Source: Diplonema japonicum
Lineage: Eukaryota; Protista; Euglenozoa: Diplonemea
Direction: 5' to 3'
DNA length: 64,000 nt
NCBI GenBank assembly: GCA_964019335.1
Contig: OZ025693.1
Span: 124,001-188,000 of the forward strand
Below the pieces are notes generated by a model. That model was given only the letters and a program-made list of their open reading frames with translations. It was not told where the DNA came from and searched no databases. The position numbers and the translations under genes are program-made. Positions 22,937 to 35,070 of this stretch are shown one piece after another. The stretch's first letter is position 1, and each line of letters opens with the position of its first letter.

Positions 22937-23578
22937 TTATAGATAAGACTGCCAGGATTCTAAGCTGTCCCTATCTTCGTCAGAGGACGTAAACGAGATT
23001 TCATTAGCTAGTTCTTTCTCCTCTTCCACCTCATCACACAGCGGCAGGAGCTCCGGCATCTCAGAATGCAGAACCCAGACCTGGTTCCAGGTGGACGGAT
23101 GGTACGGTATCGGGGCAATCTGTGTGCAGTGTAAATGAACATTACTAAGGGGTTCAGTCGAGTCCCATTTTCCCAAACACGCTTCAGCGTAGTCTCGCGA
23201 ACACATGTCTATGTAGATAATTTGTACTTTTTTGACAATGGGGGTTCGGGGGGTCCCGACGAAAACTGTCCTAGCCGCTTCGAAGGGGAAGTCCGATCGT
23301 TTTAAGATCTCTTTTGCGGTGGTGAGGTCCAGCTTCTCGCTCAGCCCCACCACGTGCATCATGAGCACGTTCCCGTCGCCCTCTTCTTTGTGCATTTTGA
23401 CAAACGGTTTCACAGCGCACCTCTCCGGCACCATGGGAGGCCTCCCACCGTTCCCCCGTACTACTACCTTATCTATGCTAAGCATTCTCTCCACTATCTT
23501 GTAGCCTCTCCCCATTGCCTTTTCGATAGATGAAGAAGATACCGACGCTGGGATGTTGTCAATACACCAATGCATCAT
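22937..23578 (-). CDS. 213-aa protein, divergent RRM-like, paralog of 25796-26464
   Basis: Clear paralogy; HWCIDNIPASVS and MHVVGL..IIYIDMCSRDYAEACL resemble RNP2/RNP1 patterns (inference). Confidence 0.65.
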   Translation of the reverse strand: MMHWCIDNIPASVSSSSIEKAMGRGYKIVERMLSIDKVVVRGNGGRPPMVPERCAVKPFVKMHKEEGDGNVLMMHVVGLSEKLDLTTAKEILKRSDFPFEAARTVFVGTPRTPIVKKVQIIYIDMCSRDYAEACLGKWDSTEPLSNVHLHCTQIAPIPYHPSTWNQVWVLHSEMPELLPLCDEVEEEKELANEISFTSSDEDRDSLESWQSYL

Positions 23579-24032
23579 TTCTTTTTCCTTTTTTTTTTTT
23601 TTGTGTGTGTGTGTGTGTGTGTCTAATCTATTTACATAAAATTGCTATATGCTCCGTGAACGAGAGTTTTTTTTTTGTGTCTACTCGTCAAAAATCAGAC
23701 ATTTTCGTCGTGTGCAACAAGGCGTAAAAAGAGAATAAGGAAAATGAGGAAGAAGAGGCTTCTGGAGGAGTATAATTGTAGTTTGCTGCTGTTTGAGTAC
23801 CAGCAGCCATTCACCGTTGAGGTTTAAGGTGATTAAGCACGAAGGTGCTGCCCACCTACCCTGAATTCCCCCCCCCCCCCCCCCCCCCCCTCCCCCACGG
23901 TGGAAGAAGAAAAAGGGAGAAAAAAAAAAAAAAGAAGGAGAAAGAAAAAAAAAAGATGTCTTTGAAGGGAACCTGCAGTATGTGACAGGATCGCCTAAAA
24001 AAAAAGAGCACAATGGAAAAAAAAAAAAAAAA

Positions 24033-24661
24033 GAGACATTTAAGGGTACCTGCGGTATGTGGCAGGACGCCTGAAGAGTCTCAATCTATCTCTTGATCGA
24101 ACCTTTCTGCTGTGGTGTGGCCTTCGGCCCCTCGTTCACCCTCCTCGGTACCTTAGGTATAAAACCCTCAACCGAGTTGGTAAGGACACAATAGTTGTTT
24201 CTCAAGGATGTGGCGGGTCACCGGGGAGGCGAATACCGGTCTAGAGGAGTAGCCCCTTACGGAGCTGTTGTAGTAACCCAACGTGCGCAGGGAGTGGACA
24301 GAAACTACTGACGCAGCTGGGATGAGGGGCGCTATGCCCTTACTGGTGTGGATGCGTTCTAGTGCCGTTATCACCCGGCCTATTACACGCGCGCTCACTT
24401 GGATGTCCTCACCCTCTTCACAAGGTGAGAGTCCCACCGTGGCAATGAAGTCTATGGCCAGCTCAAGCCTGGAGACCTGTCCACCTGTCGTGCCCCAGTG
24501 AAGGGCAGAGAGCCATCGGATGACGTGCGGGATGAGCCGTGGGAGGCACTGTTGCCTCAAACCATTGTCGTAGTACCACCTCAGTGACCGTGGCTTGAGC
24601 AAACTCCCCTTCTCGAAAGGCCTGTTCCACAGGTGAACGCTGAAGTCCATCGTCTTTTTCC
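24033..24661 (-). mobile_element. 5'-truncated non-LTR retroelement (subfamily 2), C-terminal domain
   Basis: WLSALHW..VSRLELAIDF..GYSSRPVF homologous to the other copies; 3' stem-loop then poly(T). Confidence 0.6.
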
Positions 24662-24671
24662 AAAAAAAAAA

Positions 24672-25393
24672 ACTCAAAGTACAGGACAAGCCCCCCGCTA
24701 GAGGGCCGCCCTATGGGGGGGGGGGGGGGGGGGGGGTCTATCTGTTAATACTCCCCTTCTGGAGCATTGCTTTCATTCCGATTGAGGCCGTGAGCGTATT
24801 GCGGAGTCGTGTGATGCGGTCCCGCTTGTAGTCGGCTTTCAATTCCATTAGCTTGTCGTGCGTGGAGCGGGTGGCGAAAATAGGCCTCCTGGAGAAACCA
24901 ATAGCTGCCTTTCCTCCAATGGCGATGAGGGACTTCACTCTTTTTCTCTCGTCTGCTGGGAAGGGGCGTCGCTTCTTCCGTTCCCTGCATGCTGTGTTTA
25001 TCTTTACGATGAGAGCTTTGATTCTGCGCGCCCTATCTTCCAGCAGGCCTCCCAAAGACTTTCCGGTCGTCCATTCGAAGTCAATGGCCAGTTCCACCGC
25101 CGACACCTCCGAGGTGGTGTCCTTCTCCACCCAGCGCAGCTGTGACAACCATTGTAGCAGCGGGTTCAGGTACTGGGACAGGACCCCGCTCACTCCCTCG
25201 AGCTCGCCAGCTATCGGAACGGGGCATCTCTTACCTACCACATTTCGAATCCACGGTAGCGGCTGTGTGTTGACATCCTCCTTCTGCATGAGCTCTACGT
25301 CTCGTTTCTCAACCACCACGGCTAAGTATCGTTGCAGCTTCTCTAGGTACGCAAAGTCATGTCCTCTCGGCAGAATCGCGTGCAATTCCAGAC
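24672..25393 (-). mobile_element. 5'-truncated non-LTR retroelement (subfamily 1)
   Basis: CLELHAILP..WLSQLRW..VELAIDFE..GGKAAIGFSRRPIF; highly similar to 48311-48857 including the 3' end. Confidence 0.75.
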
Positions 25394-25763
25394 AAAAAAA
25401 AAAAAAAGAATAACTATTGATTTTATGAAAACAAAAGTTTTTTGTTCTCCCACAGTACCCCCTTCCCACCCCTACTTCGCTTCGGGGAGGGATTCAGATT
25501 CCTAAGAGACAGATCAGCCAAGGGAAAGGATAAAGTCCATTAATAAGCAATTCCCCTTCACTTTTTTTTTTGTTTCTTCTTTTTTTCAGTTACTACTATT
25601 ATTTTCCTTTGCCTGGAACAAAGGTAAGCATACTTTTAAAAAAAAAAAAAGAGTAGAGGGACATGCTGCCTCTTTTTTTTTTTTTTTTTTTTTTGAGGGT
25701 TTTTTTTAGACAGAAAAAAAAAAAAAAAAAAAAAAAAAGAGAGATGCCATCAATAAACAGAGC

Positions 25764-25795
<32 letters not shown>

Positions 25796-25802
<7 letters not shown>

Positions 25803-26464
25803 TTGAAAACAAACTGTCGCGCCTCGTTTTCGTCATCCGAATCCAAGAAGCCCAGAATGTTTGGTAAGCTGACGACTCGCTCGTTGCAAGGCTTCTGGCG
25901 TCTTCGGGACCGTTTGCCCTTCCTTGTTTGTTCCCCGTCATTCTGGTGGATTACCCAAACCTCGTTCCAGCTTGAGGTGTGGTACGGCATCGGTGCTATC
26001 TGTGTGCAGTGTAGATGTACGTTTGTCCGGGGCTCGCAAGCGTCCCATTTTCCCAAACACGCTTCAGCGTAGTCTCGCGAACACATGTCAATGTAGATAA
26101 TTTGTACTTTTTTGACAATGGGGGTTCGGGGGGTCCCCACGAAGACCTTCCTTGCATTCTCGAAGGGGAAGCAAGCCTGCTCCAAGATTTCTCTTGCGAT
26201 GGCAATGTCAAGCTTCTCGCTCAGCCCCACCACGTGCATCATTACAACGTTTCCTTTTCCCTCGTTTTTGTGCACTTTTACAAAGGGTTTCACGGTGCAT
26301 ATGTCGGGTACCATAGGGGGGCTCCACCCGTACCCTGCTACGACTATCTTGTCGATGCTCAGCATTCTCTCCACAATTTTGAATGTAAACCCCATAGCCA
26401 TTTCGATGGATGAAGAAGAAACCGATGCTGGAATGTTGTCTACACACCAGTGCATCGGCATCAT
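25796..26464 (-). CDS. 222-aa protein, divergent RRM-like, paralog of 22937-23578
   Basis: Intact ORF, A-tract before ATG, paralogy. Confidence 0.65.
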
Positions 26465-26534
26465 TGTTTCCTTTTTTTTTTTTTTTTTTTTTTTAAATAC
26501 ATAGTGAGGAGATGAAAAAAAAAAAAGTTTTTAA

Positions 26535-27895
26535 CCCCTAAACGCCCGCGCGGACGTTTTTGTCCTTATTTCAAAATTTGCTTTTTCGCTAAGTACTTTT
26601 TTTTGAACACGGCCCCTGGACTTCAAAATATGGCATTGTTGCGCGGTTTATTTTGTCTTGAAACTACATTTTGCGTTAAAACTTTTGTTTTAATAATTGA
26701 AACCGGCAGGGTTGGCTTAAAATGAAATCAGATGGTCAAAATAGCAGCGAAAACGTGAGTCTCCCCCGACTGGTCAGATAAAGAAGAAAAAGACGATGAG
26801 GCGGTCAAAGAGGGGCCGGAAACGATGCTTGGGTGGGAGAAATACTCCCAAAGGCCTGAAACATCCGTGAAAAGGTGGGCTTTCGACCAATGAGGAGGGT
26901 GTTTTTAATCTTTTTTTTACACACGAAGTACTTGAGCTCATAGTTTCTTCCACGAACGGTCGTTTCGATTCAAAAAAACAGCGGAATCTGAATCTTTCCA
27001 TCCCAGAGTACAAAATTTGGCTTGGTTGGTCCTGTTAATGGGTTTACGCTCGGCACCGAACATGAAGAGCTACTGGACAACAAATTCTATTTTAACCATC
27101 CCGGCTTTTGAGAAAATGAGCAAACCGATTCGTTGACATGCAGCGCTACCTCACCTTTGACAACCTGGAAAACATCAGTAAAGCCTGAAACTGCACCTCA
27201 TGCGCAGGTTTCTTGACATCATTGTCAACCGGTGTAGGACTGTGCGGACCCCTGGCAAGTGGTTGTCTGTTGACGACAGTGTTATCCCGACAACAATAAA
27301 AGTCATGGCACCACGAAAAAACAACTCGGTGGGCATCAAGGTAATCGCTACATGCGACTCATAAAAGCGGTTACCTGGCGAATTTCAACATTTTCAGCAA
27401 GAAGTCCACAACACAGGACCTAGTCATGCGTACTGTCGACCCCTGACCGGCAAGACCAGCTCCAGGGGACTGGAGTTCGGCATATTGAAAACCCGGAAGT
27501 GGACCATGGTCGTTTTTTATTGGGTCCTGGAAAGCTGTGTTGCCAACTCCTCCATAATCTGGAAGAAGAGCAGGGAATGTGGCAAAAATTATGGCTTCCC
27601 GAGCTTCAAAGAAGAACTTGTTGGAAAGCTTCTCACCCATGCCCCAAAAACCGATAACACACACACCCCGACAACACCGTCACCGACCCCCAAGCGCAAA
27701 CACGCTAGCAATGAGGCCCTCTTACACACAAAGTTAAGTGTTCTCATCTGAATCTGGCACCTGGAATTGAAAATTTTAGTACCGTTTACCCTTTCCTTGC
27801 ACCTTCCTATGGTTGCATGCTGCCCTTTTTTTGAGTATTCAAAGCAACAACGAAAATGGGGGGGGTACCGTAGATAGGCTCCGGGCGTTTAGGGG
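26535..27895 (+). mobile_element. Decayed piggyBac DNA transposon
   Basis: 14-bp TIRs CCCCTAAACGCCCG / CGGGCGTTTAGGGG, left TTAA (right ATAA); broken transposase motifs PGKWLSVDDS, GIKVIATCDS, RKWTMVVFYWVLESCVANS. Confidence 0.9.
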
Positions 27896-28599
27896 ATAAA
27901 AAAAAAACTCGATAAAATTTCAGTGTGCATGGGGGTGCTCACTGTTCAGGTAGAAAAAAAAAAAAAAAGACATAAGGAAAGAACGGAACTAAGAAAAAAA
28001 AAGTGGGGGAAAGACGAAAAAAAAAAAGAAAAAAAAACAAATAAGGAAACGTGTATTTGGTCCTGTAAAAGAAGAAGAAGAAGAAGAAAAAAGATTCACA
28101 ACGATGGGGAGGGGGGAGGAACGCCTCATGGGCCCTGCTTTTTTTTTTAAAAAAAAGACTTTTTCATTTTCTTTTTTTTTTAAAGCATGTGGGTCCATGC
28201 ATTTGAAACTGTAAAAGAACCCATTTTTTTCTTTTTTTTTCCCTTTCTTTTTTTTTTTTTTTACTATTACAATGGAATCCATGGATTTTTTTTTTTAAAC
28301 AACTGCTCTCACTTGACGCCCCCCTTTTCCCATCCTTAAAGAAGAAAACACAAAGAGAAAAAAAAATCACCATGATGGGAAAACGAAGGTGGTTAACAAC
28401 GACCGGAAAAAAAAAAAGGAAACCCAAAGAAAACAAAGGGGTGCGCCACGGTACACAGAAAAAGGAAAAATTCTTCTTTTTTTTTTTTTCTTCAATTCTT
28501 GTTTCTTTGGCACTACCGTTGATGGGCAATTTTCCTGCGCGCATCAGCTGAAGTCCTGCTGGGGGGGTGGGGGGGACGGAAAAAAAACTTTGAACCTAT

Positions 28600-28640
<41 letters not shown>

Positions 28641-28643
<3 letters not shown>

Positions 28644-29540
28644 GATGTTTAAGGGCAAATCCCACTCGAGGACCACCCTTAGGGGGGGTGGGGGTCTATC
28701 TCTTGATGCTTCTTTTTTGGAGCCTCGCTTTCGTTCCGATGGCGGATACCAGTGTCTTTCGCAGACGGTTGATGCGGTCCTTCTTCAGGTTGGTCTTCAG
28801 CTCTCTTAGTCCTGTCCTGGGTTTCTCGTGAGGCGAAGATCGGTCTCCTTGCAAAGCCTATCGCCGCCTTCCCTCCTATTGCCATGAGGGACTTCACTCT
28901 CGTTTTGTTCTTCGCCGGGAAAGGCTTTTTCTTTCCTTGTAATGCGCACCTGTCGTTCACCTTTTGGATCAGTTTCTTGATCCTTCGCGCCTTTTCCTCC
29001 TGCGTCATTCCCAGCGATCTTCGTGTCGTCGCTTCGAAGTCTAGGGCTAACTCCACCGCCGTCACCTCCGACGTCGTGTCTTCTTTAACCCATCTTAGCT
29101 CCGACATCCATTTCAACAGCGACTCCGCGTACATCCGCAGTATCCCACTTGTCGTCCCGAGCTGCTCCAACGTCGGCGTCAAGTGCTTTACTCCCACCAC
29201 TTTCCGTTCCCACGGCAATTCTCCTCCAAAATCCTCCACTTGGATCAGTTCCTCATCACGCTTTGCTACTATCATCGCCAGGTACCTCTGCAACCTCTCC
29301 AGGTGTGCAAATCCGTGCCCCCTCGGCAAGATCCCGTGCAGTTCCAGGCAGAGAGGCCAGCCCGACCTGTCGCGTAGCGGTTCCAACCCGTCCCTCGCTA
29401 GCTCTTCCTGCGCAAGTACAGCTGGTGCCGTAGCAGCGTCACTGTGTTCTGGTGTACTGCCGTGCATATGTCGCATCTATAATTCTGAGGAAGCATTGTC
29501 TCTCCGGGTGGTCTCCCGTCCTCTCTTTTCAAGTCATCTA
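28641..29540 (-). mobile_element. 5'-truncated non-LTR retroelement (subfamily 3)
   Basis: WPLCLELHGILP..VELALDFE..KSLMAIGGKAAIGFARRPIF; frameshifted at both ends; 5' boundary approximate. Confidence 0.7.
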
Positions 29541-30903
29541 ACATTGTCCGGTTCCTCCCTCACTGTCTTCTCGTCTTTTACTCTTCTTCTATTTTTCCTC
29601 TTTTCAAACCGTATTATTGACTTTATTGGCACGGTCGGACACCAATAAAGTACAGAAAAAAAGAAAAAAAAAAAAGAAAGCACCACTAAACCCTGGGATG
29701 ATGCTGTAAACCTCTTCTGATTATTTTTCTTGCTTTTTAGCTTCAATTTCTTTTTGGTTTTTTTTTTTTTTGTTTGGTTTTGTTTACAGTACCTACGTGT
29801 TCTAAGCCAGATTTTCTTTTTGGGGGGTTTAACAAAAAGAACATAGCCCACGCACCACAACAACGCTCAACATTTTTCTTCTTCTTTTCTTTTTCCCCGA
29901 TAGCCACAACAAAGTGTTTCTATTCTTTCTTCTTTTTATAAAATGTCTTTTTTTTATTTTCTTCTATCGGATGCACCAAGTTGCAATAAGAAATCGCTTG
30001 AGAAAAAAAAACCCCCCCTCCCCAAGTTGGTGTAGAGTGAAAAGCTTTCTTGCAGTGAGTAACAGCTAGACCTTTATCACGCAACCCCACCAAGAAAAAA
30101 GAAAGAAAAAGAACAACAAAAAAGAAAACTATTCTGGCCTTTTGTTTGTGCGCACCAGCACTTTTTTTTTTTTTTTTTTTTTTGCCCCTACAAAAAAAAA
30201 AAATGGTTACTGTAAATCTCTTAATTTCCGACGAATTATATTTGGCCTTCATTTTTTTGCACTCTAGGCTTTTCTTTTTTTTTTTTTTTTCCAGGCCGCC
30301 AAATAAAACTCTCGCGAAGAGGCATCGTCGACAGATGTACAGTATGTGCTACCTGCGCTCCTAGAATATTTCTTTTTTCTTTTCCTTTTTAGATAAAAAA
30401 AAAGAGGGGGGGGAAGTACTTCAGACAAATCAAATTGTTTATCACAAAAAAAAGGGGGGGGGGGGACAATAGACGGAGAGAGAAACGAAAAAAAAAAAAT
30501 ATAAGAGAAAAGGAGGCCGGTGTTGGCGGCGCCCTGCACGACCCGGGCGCTACCGGTGATGACCGACGAGGAGGTCAACAGCGAACAACACATCTGATGT
30601 ACTTCTTAAATATTTCCCACCACCTGGAAAAAAAAAAAAGGGACAAAGAAGAAGATGCTGCATTATGATGGGGAAATGCTAACACCGGAAAGCCACTCAT
30701 GTAACGTAACCTCTGTCCAGAGGGGGGGTTTTTTTTTCGCAAGGAGGGGAGGGGGGGGAGGGGGGGATAGTTTGCCAATTTTTTTCTCTCTTTTTTTTTT
30801 TTTCTTTTTTCCTTCTGTTTCCTGCACCAAAAGGGTGCCTCCCTGATTTTTAAACAACTTTGAAGGGGAGGGAAAAAAAAAAAAAAAAAAAAGAAACAAA
30901 AAG

Positions 30904-32514
30904 CTATCGAAATTTTCCGTTTTCTTTCTGACCCATTCTAAGCATATGTTTAATAGACTTTGTGAAAGATTCCGTCCTCCGCAAAGGGGGGTCCTTCTCG
31001 TCGTTTAGAGATAAGTCAAACCGAACACTCTTCTTCTGCGCGCAATCTTGCACAGCACAACACAGCGAGGCGCACCATCTCTGAAAGGCCAAGGGAAGAA
31101 TAGTAGTAGGGGGTGCTTGGCTGTTAATGTTAGCCTGCCCTGTGTTGTCCTGCAAAGAATCCAAGGCCGAGGAAATAGTATTATATAATTCTGTAGAATC
31201 TCGCCACCCTTGAGGATCAAGCGTGGGTGCGTCTAACAGAAATGCAACATCGAAGTTACATCCAGGGTACCTTTGCAAGAGTGTGCACCTTAACCTGAAG
31301 GAGGTGAGAGAAAAAAAAAAAAGAAAAAAAAAAGAAAGGTTTTTACACATACAGATCCTCCCTCCCAAGGTGCACTGCGGCTATTCTAGAGGCTTCTTTC
31401 CGCTGGTCAGGTTCGTACTTTTGGTAGAAGCTAGCCAAGTGGCCTTCTAGCCAATGGTACCTCCACATCACTTCGGTGACATCTTCTCTCATCTGCGCGG
31501 TCGAAGCAGGAAGGGTTTCCTTTTTTTGTTTTTTTGTTTTTGTTTGTTTGTTGTGTTTTCTATCTATACCTCTGGCGGGTCTAGCAAGAAATCTAAGTCC
31601 TGCGCCCTGTTTGAGTACCTTCCTATCATTCTCATGTAGAGACGTAGCTCGTGGAACACAAATGCTTGGACGACCTGGTGGGTTTTTTTTTTTTTTTTTT
31701 TTTTTTTTCTTTTTTTCTTTTTTTTTTCCATGTATACCTTGGGTACGTCGCTAACCCTCTCCGGAACTTCGGTCATGTAAAAGTTCGTGAGGTGTTCGGT
31801 GAGCCAGTCCTCTCGGAGCTTTTGTCGGTCGGCGAAAGAGGTGTTAGTTGGGGTCTTGTTCAGAGCCGGTTTGACCTCGCGGGGAGACTGGTGCAACGTG
31901 GCCTCCCGTATGGCCGCACACCACACCGAGGCATCTTCACATGATGCAGTTGTCATTTCAAGACAACCCTTCGGCAGGAAGGCTCCCGTGATGACCAGCT
32001 TGGGTGACGGGTCCTCATGAAAAGTCTTTGCAAGGTACAAACTATAGCTGGACAGCTCCTCGCTGAAGGGCTTCGTGTACACGACAAGCTCCGTGTCCCG
32101 TATGGCCACCCACCTCCGTGCACTTCGGTTCAACAAACCGTATTTATGTATTGTGACCCAACCACCTAGTAGCAAACACCCATGGCCCGCTCCTATGCAC
32201 ACACGGTATGGGCAGTTGGGTTCTTTTAAGCTTTCTTCTCCCGCGTCTTCGTCTGTGTCAGGTTCTATAAGGCTCTCCTTTCTCAAGCCGTATAAAACTA
32301 CAGGGTATTGCATCCATGAGTCTGATAGGTCGCTTGTTGCCCAGCTCTGTTCGCTTCCTTCTAGTGTCACCTTCTCTAGGCTGCTCGAGCTGTATATCCT
32401 GCATAGATAGGTAGAGGCTAGGGAACATGTAGAGTCTTCAAGCCCCTCATCTGCAGGGGCGGTGCTCTCGTCTTTCTTTTGATATAGAGTAGACGGGTAT
32501 CGGTTCGTTGCCAT
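30904..32514 (-). CDS. PH-domain protein with two LxxFYxxxxP repeats, 3 introns
   Basis: GWVTIHKYG..RRWVAIRD..LVVY..W CAAI PH pattern; GT-AG introns join ORF 31564 through a hidden exon to ORF 30904. Confidence 0.75.
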
Positions 32515-32805
32515 GTTTTTTGGTTTTCTTTTTTTTTTTTTTTTGTTGTCGGGGGGATGGTGGGAGGCACTCCTCCCACCCTGTCCCGGACTTGCCCTCC
32601 CCACCCCCCCCGTAGGGGATGCTCTGTGGTCGGTAGTGTGGATATTGGGGGTTTTCTTTTTTTTGAATTGGGGTTTTTGAAAAAAAAAAAAAAAGAAGCA
32701 GAACAATGTACAGCGGCGAAAAGTTTTTTTTTATACGCCGCCTTGCCCCAATTTTTTTTTTTTTTTTTTTTTTTTGGTGTAAATGGGATAAATAATTGAG
32801 TGGTG

Positions 32806-33098
32806 TTAACATTCACGAATACCGTTGTTGTATCCAGCAAATCGGTCGTCGACCTTTTTTTTTTGTTTTTTTTTTTTGATTTTTTGTTGGGTAGCGGTAC
32901 CTTCTCATAGTAACACGTAGACGCCTTCGCAGGCCAGTTGGGGCTTTCAAACGGGCCCAGCTCAGACATTTTCCCGAGCCCAGCCACGCCGGTGTCCGCT
33001 TTGTCGGGCTTGGGGAAGCCCGCGAAGGAGGCTATGGGCAGTTTGTTGGAGCGAATGCAGCCGTGCCCGTTCCCCACGCAGAGGGGGGCTACTACCAT
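32806..33098 (-). CDS. 81-aa microprotein (1 intron)
   Basis: MVVAPLCVGNGHGC...TCYYEK|VDDRFAGYNNGIREC*; coding-like island between homopolymers, intron gtaccg..aaaag. Confidence 0.65.
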
Positions 33099-33244
33099 AG
33101 GTGTGTTTTTGTTTAGTTCCCCCCTCCCGAACCCCCCCCCCCCCCACCCACTCTTCCTCTCTCTCTCTCTCTTTTTTTTTTTTTTTTTTTTTTTTTTCAC
33201 CGGGAAAAAAAAAAAAAAAAAAAAAAAAAGTGGTTTTCTTCTTT

Positions 33245-34402
33245 TCAATATTTTGGGAAATCGTTGACCCACTGTTTGCCGCCTGAAAGCGTCGGTGTGC
33301 GGCCGTTTAAGACAAACGCGCTGGAATGAAGGAAGGCCAGCACATGTTCGATGGATGGAAATTGCAGGGCTTCGCACAACTCTCGGCGGAGATACGCCGG
33401 CGCATCATGCGCCTTGGGGGCGTGTTTCTTGCACTGACAGAATATGGTGAGGGTGTCCCCCACGTCCTCACGAAGCAAACAAATGACATCCTGTGAAGAG
33501 AGGGACAAACTGTAAATGGTGTGGTTGATGGTGAAGCACCATTTCCGTCCCTTCATTGTCAATTCGACACCCCCGAGGCCTTCGGCAACACAAACACTCG
33601 ACGGGTCAAGCATGGAGACCAACCGATAGGTTGCAGATAAAACTGAGAGAAATGTGATTTGAACCTTGGCAGCTTTCAATGCCGCTTCTTGGACCTCTGC
33701 TTCCGTGATATTCGGGTGTTCGTGCCTATAAGTAGTAACATGGTTTTCAATATTGTTTAACGCGACTTTTATCTCAATTGGGAGGTTGTGAGGTGTACCG
33801 CAGTTGTTGCAAGATGGAGAAGATGATGTGGTGTAATGTTGCTGGCACACAGTGCACTCGTTGGCACCGGGGGATCGGGGTTCAGAAGGGGTGATGGGTG
33901 AGGATAGTTGTGAAGATTCTGGCTGTTGTTCGAGAAGTGCTGACGTGGCGAGATTGGCATCGTACTCACAGTCGATGACTGTTTGCCTTACCGCAGCATG
34001 CGAGTGCTTGGTGTCGATTATATCTATTATGTGCTGTGCCATGCGGTCGCCGTCATCTTGGTACTGTGCCTTGGGGTCGTTCAGCATTCTTTGTGACGTG
34101 ACGCACATTACGTATTTAGGGGCGTTTAGTTTTCCGTCCACCACTTCTACCCACCCGGATTTTCCGTTGCTTCTTTGCATCCACAGCCATGGGGCGCCGT
34201 CTTCGGTTTGTTTAAGCTTTAGTTCTTGTGCTGTTTTCTCGTCGATGGCTTTCCCGTCCATCTTCGGTTTTGGTTCCTCCGCCGCCCACTCAAAGGTGTG
34301 CTTGGCAATTTTTTTTTTCGGCATCCCGCGGTGGATTTCTTCCGTTTTCCCGCTGACAACCAGGTTGTAGCTTGTCGGCCGGCATTCCCGCTTTCTCTTC
34401 AT
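33245..34402 (-). CDS. 385-aa protein of unknown function with UBA/CUE-like segment and CxxC..CxxC zinc ribbon
   Basis: Start MKRKREC after A-tract; VIDCEYDANLATSALL; CTVC..CNNCG. Confidence 0.65.
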   Translation of the reverse strand: MKRKRECRPTSYNLVVSGKTEEIHRGMPKKKIAKHTFEWAAEEPKPKMDGKAIDEKTAQELKLKQTEDGAPWLWMQRSNGKSGWVEVVDGKLNAPKYVMCVTSQRMLNDPKAQYQDDGDRMAQHIIDIIDTKHSHAAVRQTVIDCEYDANLATSALLEQQPESSQLSSPITPSEPRSPGANECTVCQQHYTTSSSPSCNNCGTPHNLPIEIKVALNNIENHVTTYRHEHPNITEAEVQEAALKAAKVQITFLSVLSATYRLVSMLDPSSVCVAEGLGGVELTMKGRKWCFTINHTIYSLSLSSQDVICLLREDVGDTLTIFCQCKKHAPKAHDAPAYLRRELCEALQFPSIEHVLAFLHSSAFVLNGRTPTLSGGKQWVNDFPKY

Positions 34403-34821
34403 GGGTTTTTTTTTTTTTTTCTTTTTTTTTTCTGTGCAGGCGTGATATGATGAAAAAAAGAAGAGAAGCTTTTGAGAATAGAAAATAGACAAAAAAAAAA
34501 AGAAACGGAGGGTAAATGTAGTGTAAAAAAAAAAAAAAAAAAAAAAAAGGAAAAATGGGGCTTTGATTGCAACACTAGGTGGCGTTAAGCGTGCAATGCA
34601 ATGAAAAAGAAAATAGTCGGGGAGTACGGGCGGGGGGAAAGACACGGGGGAAGAAATGTTTATATATTTTTTTTTGGTGTTTCTTTCTTCAAAGTAGAGA
34701 AAAATAAAAGTAGGGCGGGAAAAGGGGGGTAAAAAAAAACCCCCCCCAAAAAAAAAGATAGGATTGGGAATAGAATAGAGTAGAGATTTCTGAAAACCCT
34801 GCGATTCTAAGTGGAACAAGT

Positions 34822-35031
34822 CTACTTCTTCGTCTTGATATGTGTGTGCACACGAGTCCCTGTGCCTGTCACAGCACGGTTCGGGTCATTGAACCCAGGG
34901 ACAGGGATGTGATCAGCTTGCAGGCCGCAGTAACCAGTGAACGACGAAAGGCTTCCGAACTGGTCAAGGGCAAGCATCTCGTTGCTGTAGTCGGGGAGCA
35001 CGTGGGAGCTGCCTGCGATGCCCTTACCCAT
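34822..35031 (-). CDS. 69-aa microprotein, family B copy 1
   Basis: MGKGIAGSSHVLPDYS...HTHIKTKK*; duplicated exactly from ATG to stop. Confidence 0.75.
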   Translation of the reverse strand: MGKGIAGSSHVLPDYSNEMLALDQFGSLSSFTGYCGLQADHIPVPGFNDPNRAVTGTGTRVHTHIKTKK

Positions 35032-35038
35032 TTTCTCT

Positions 35039-35070
<32 letters not shown>

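Noticed and set aside
29620-29720. Full SL RNA gene
   Set aside because: 5' half of the SL exon is missing; only a 16-nt match
30512-30597. GC hairpin and GTGATGA..CTGA resembling a box C/D snoRNA
   Set aside because: Only about 40 nt between boxes, antisense to the cluster, no guide identified
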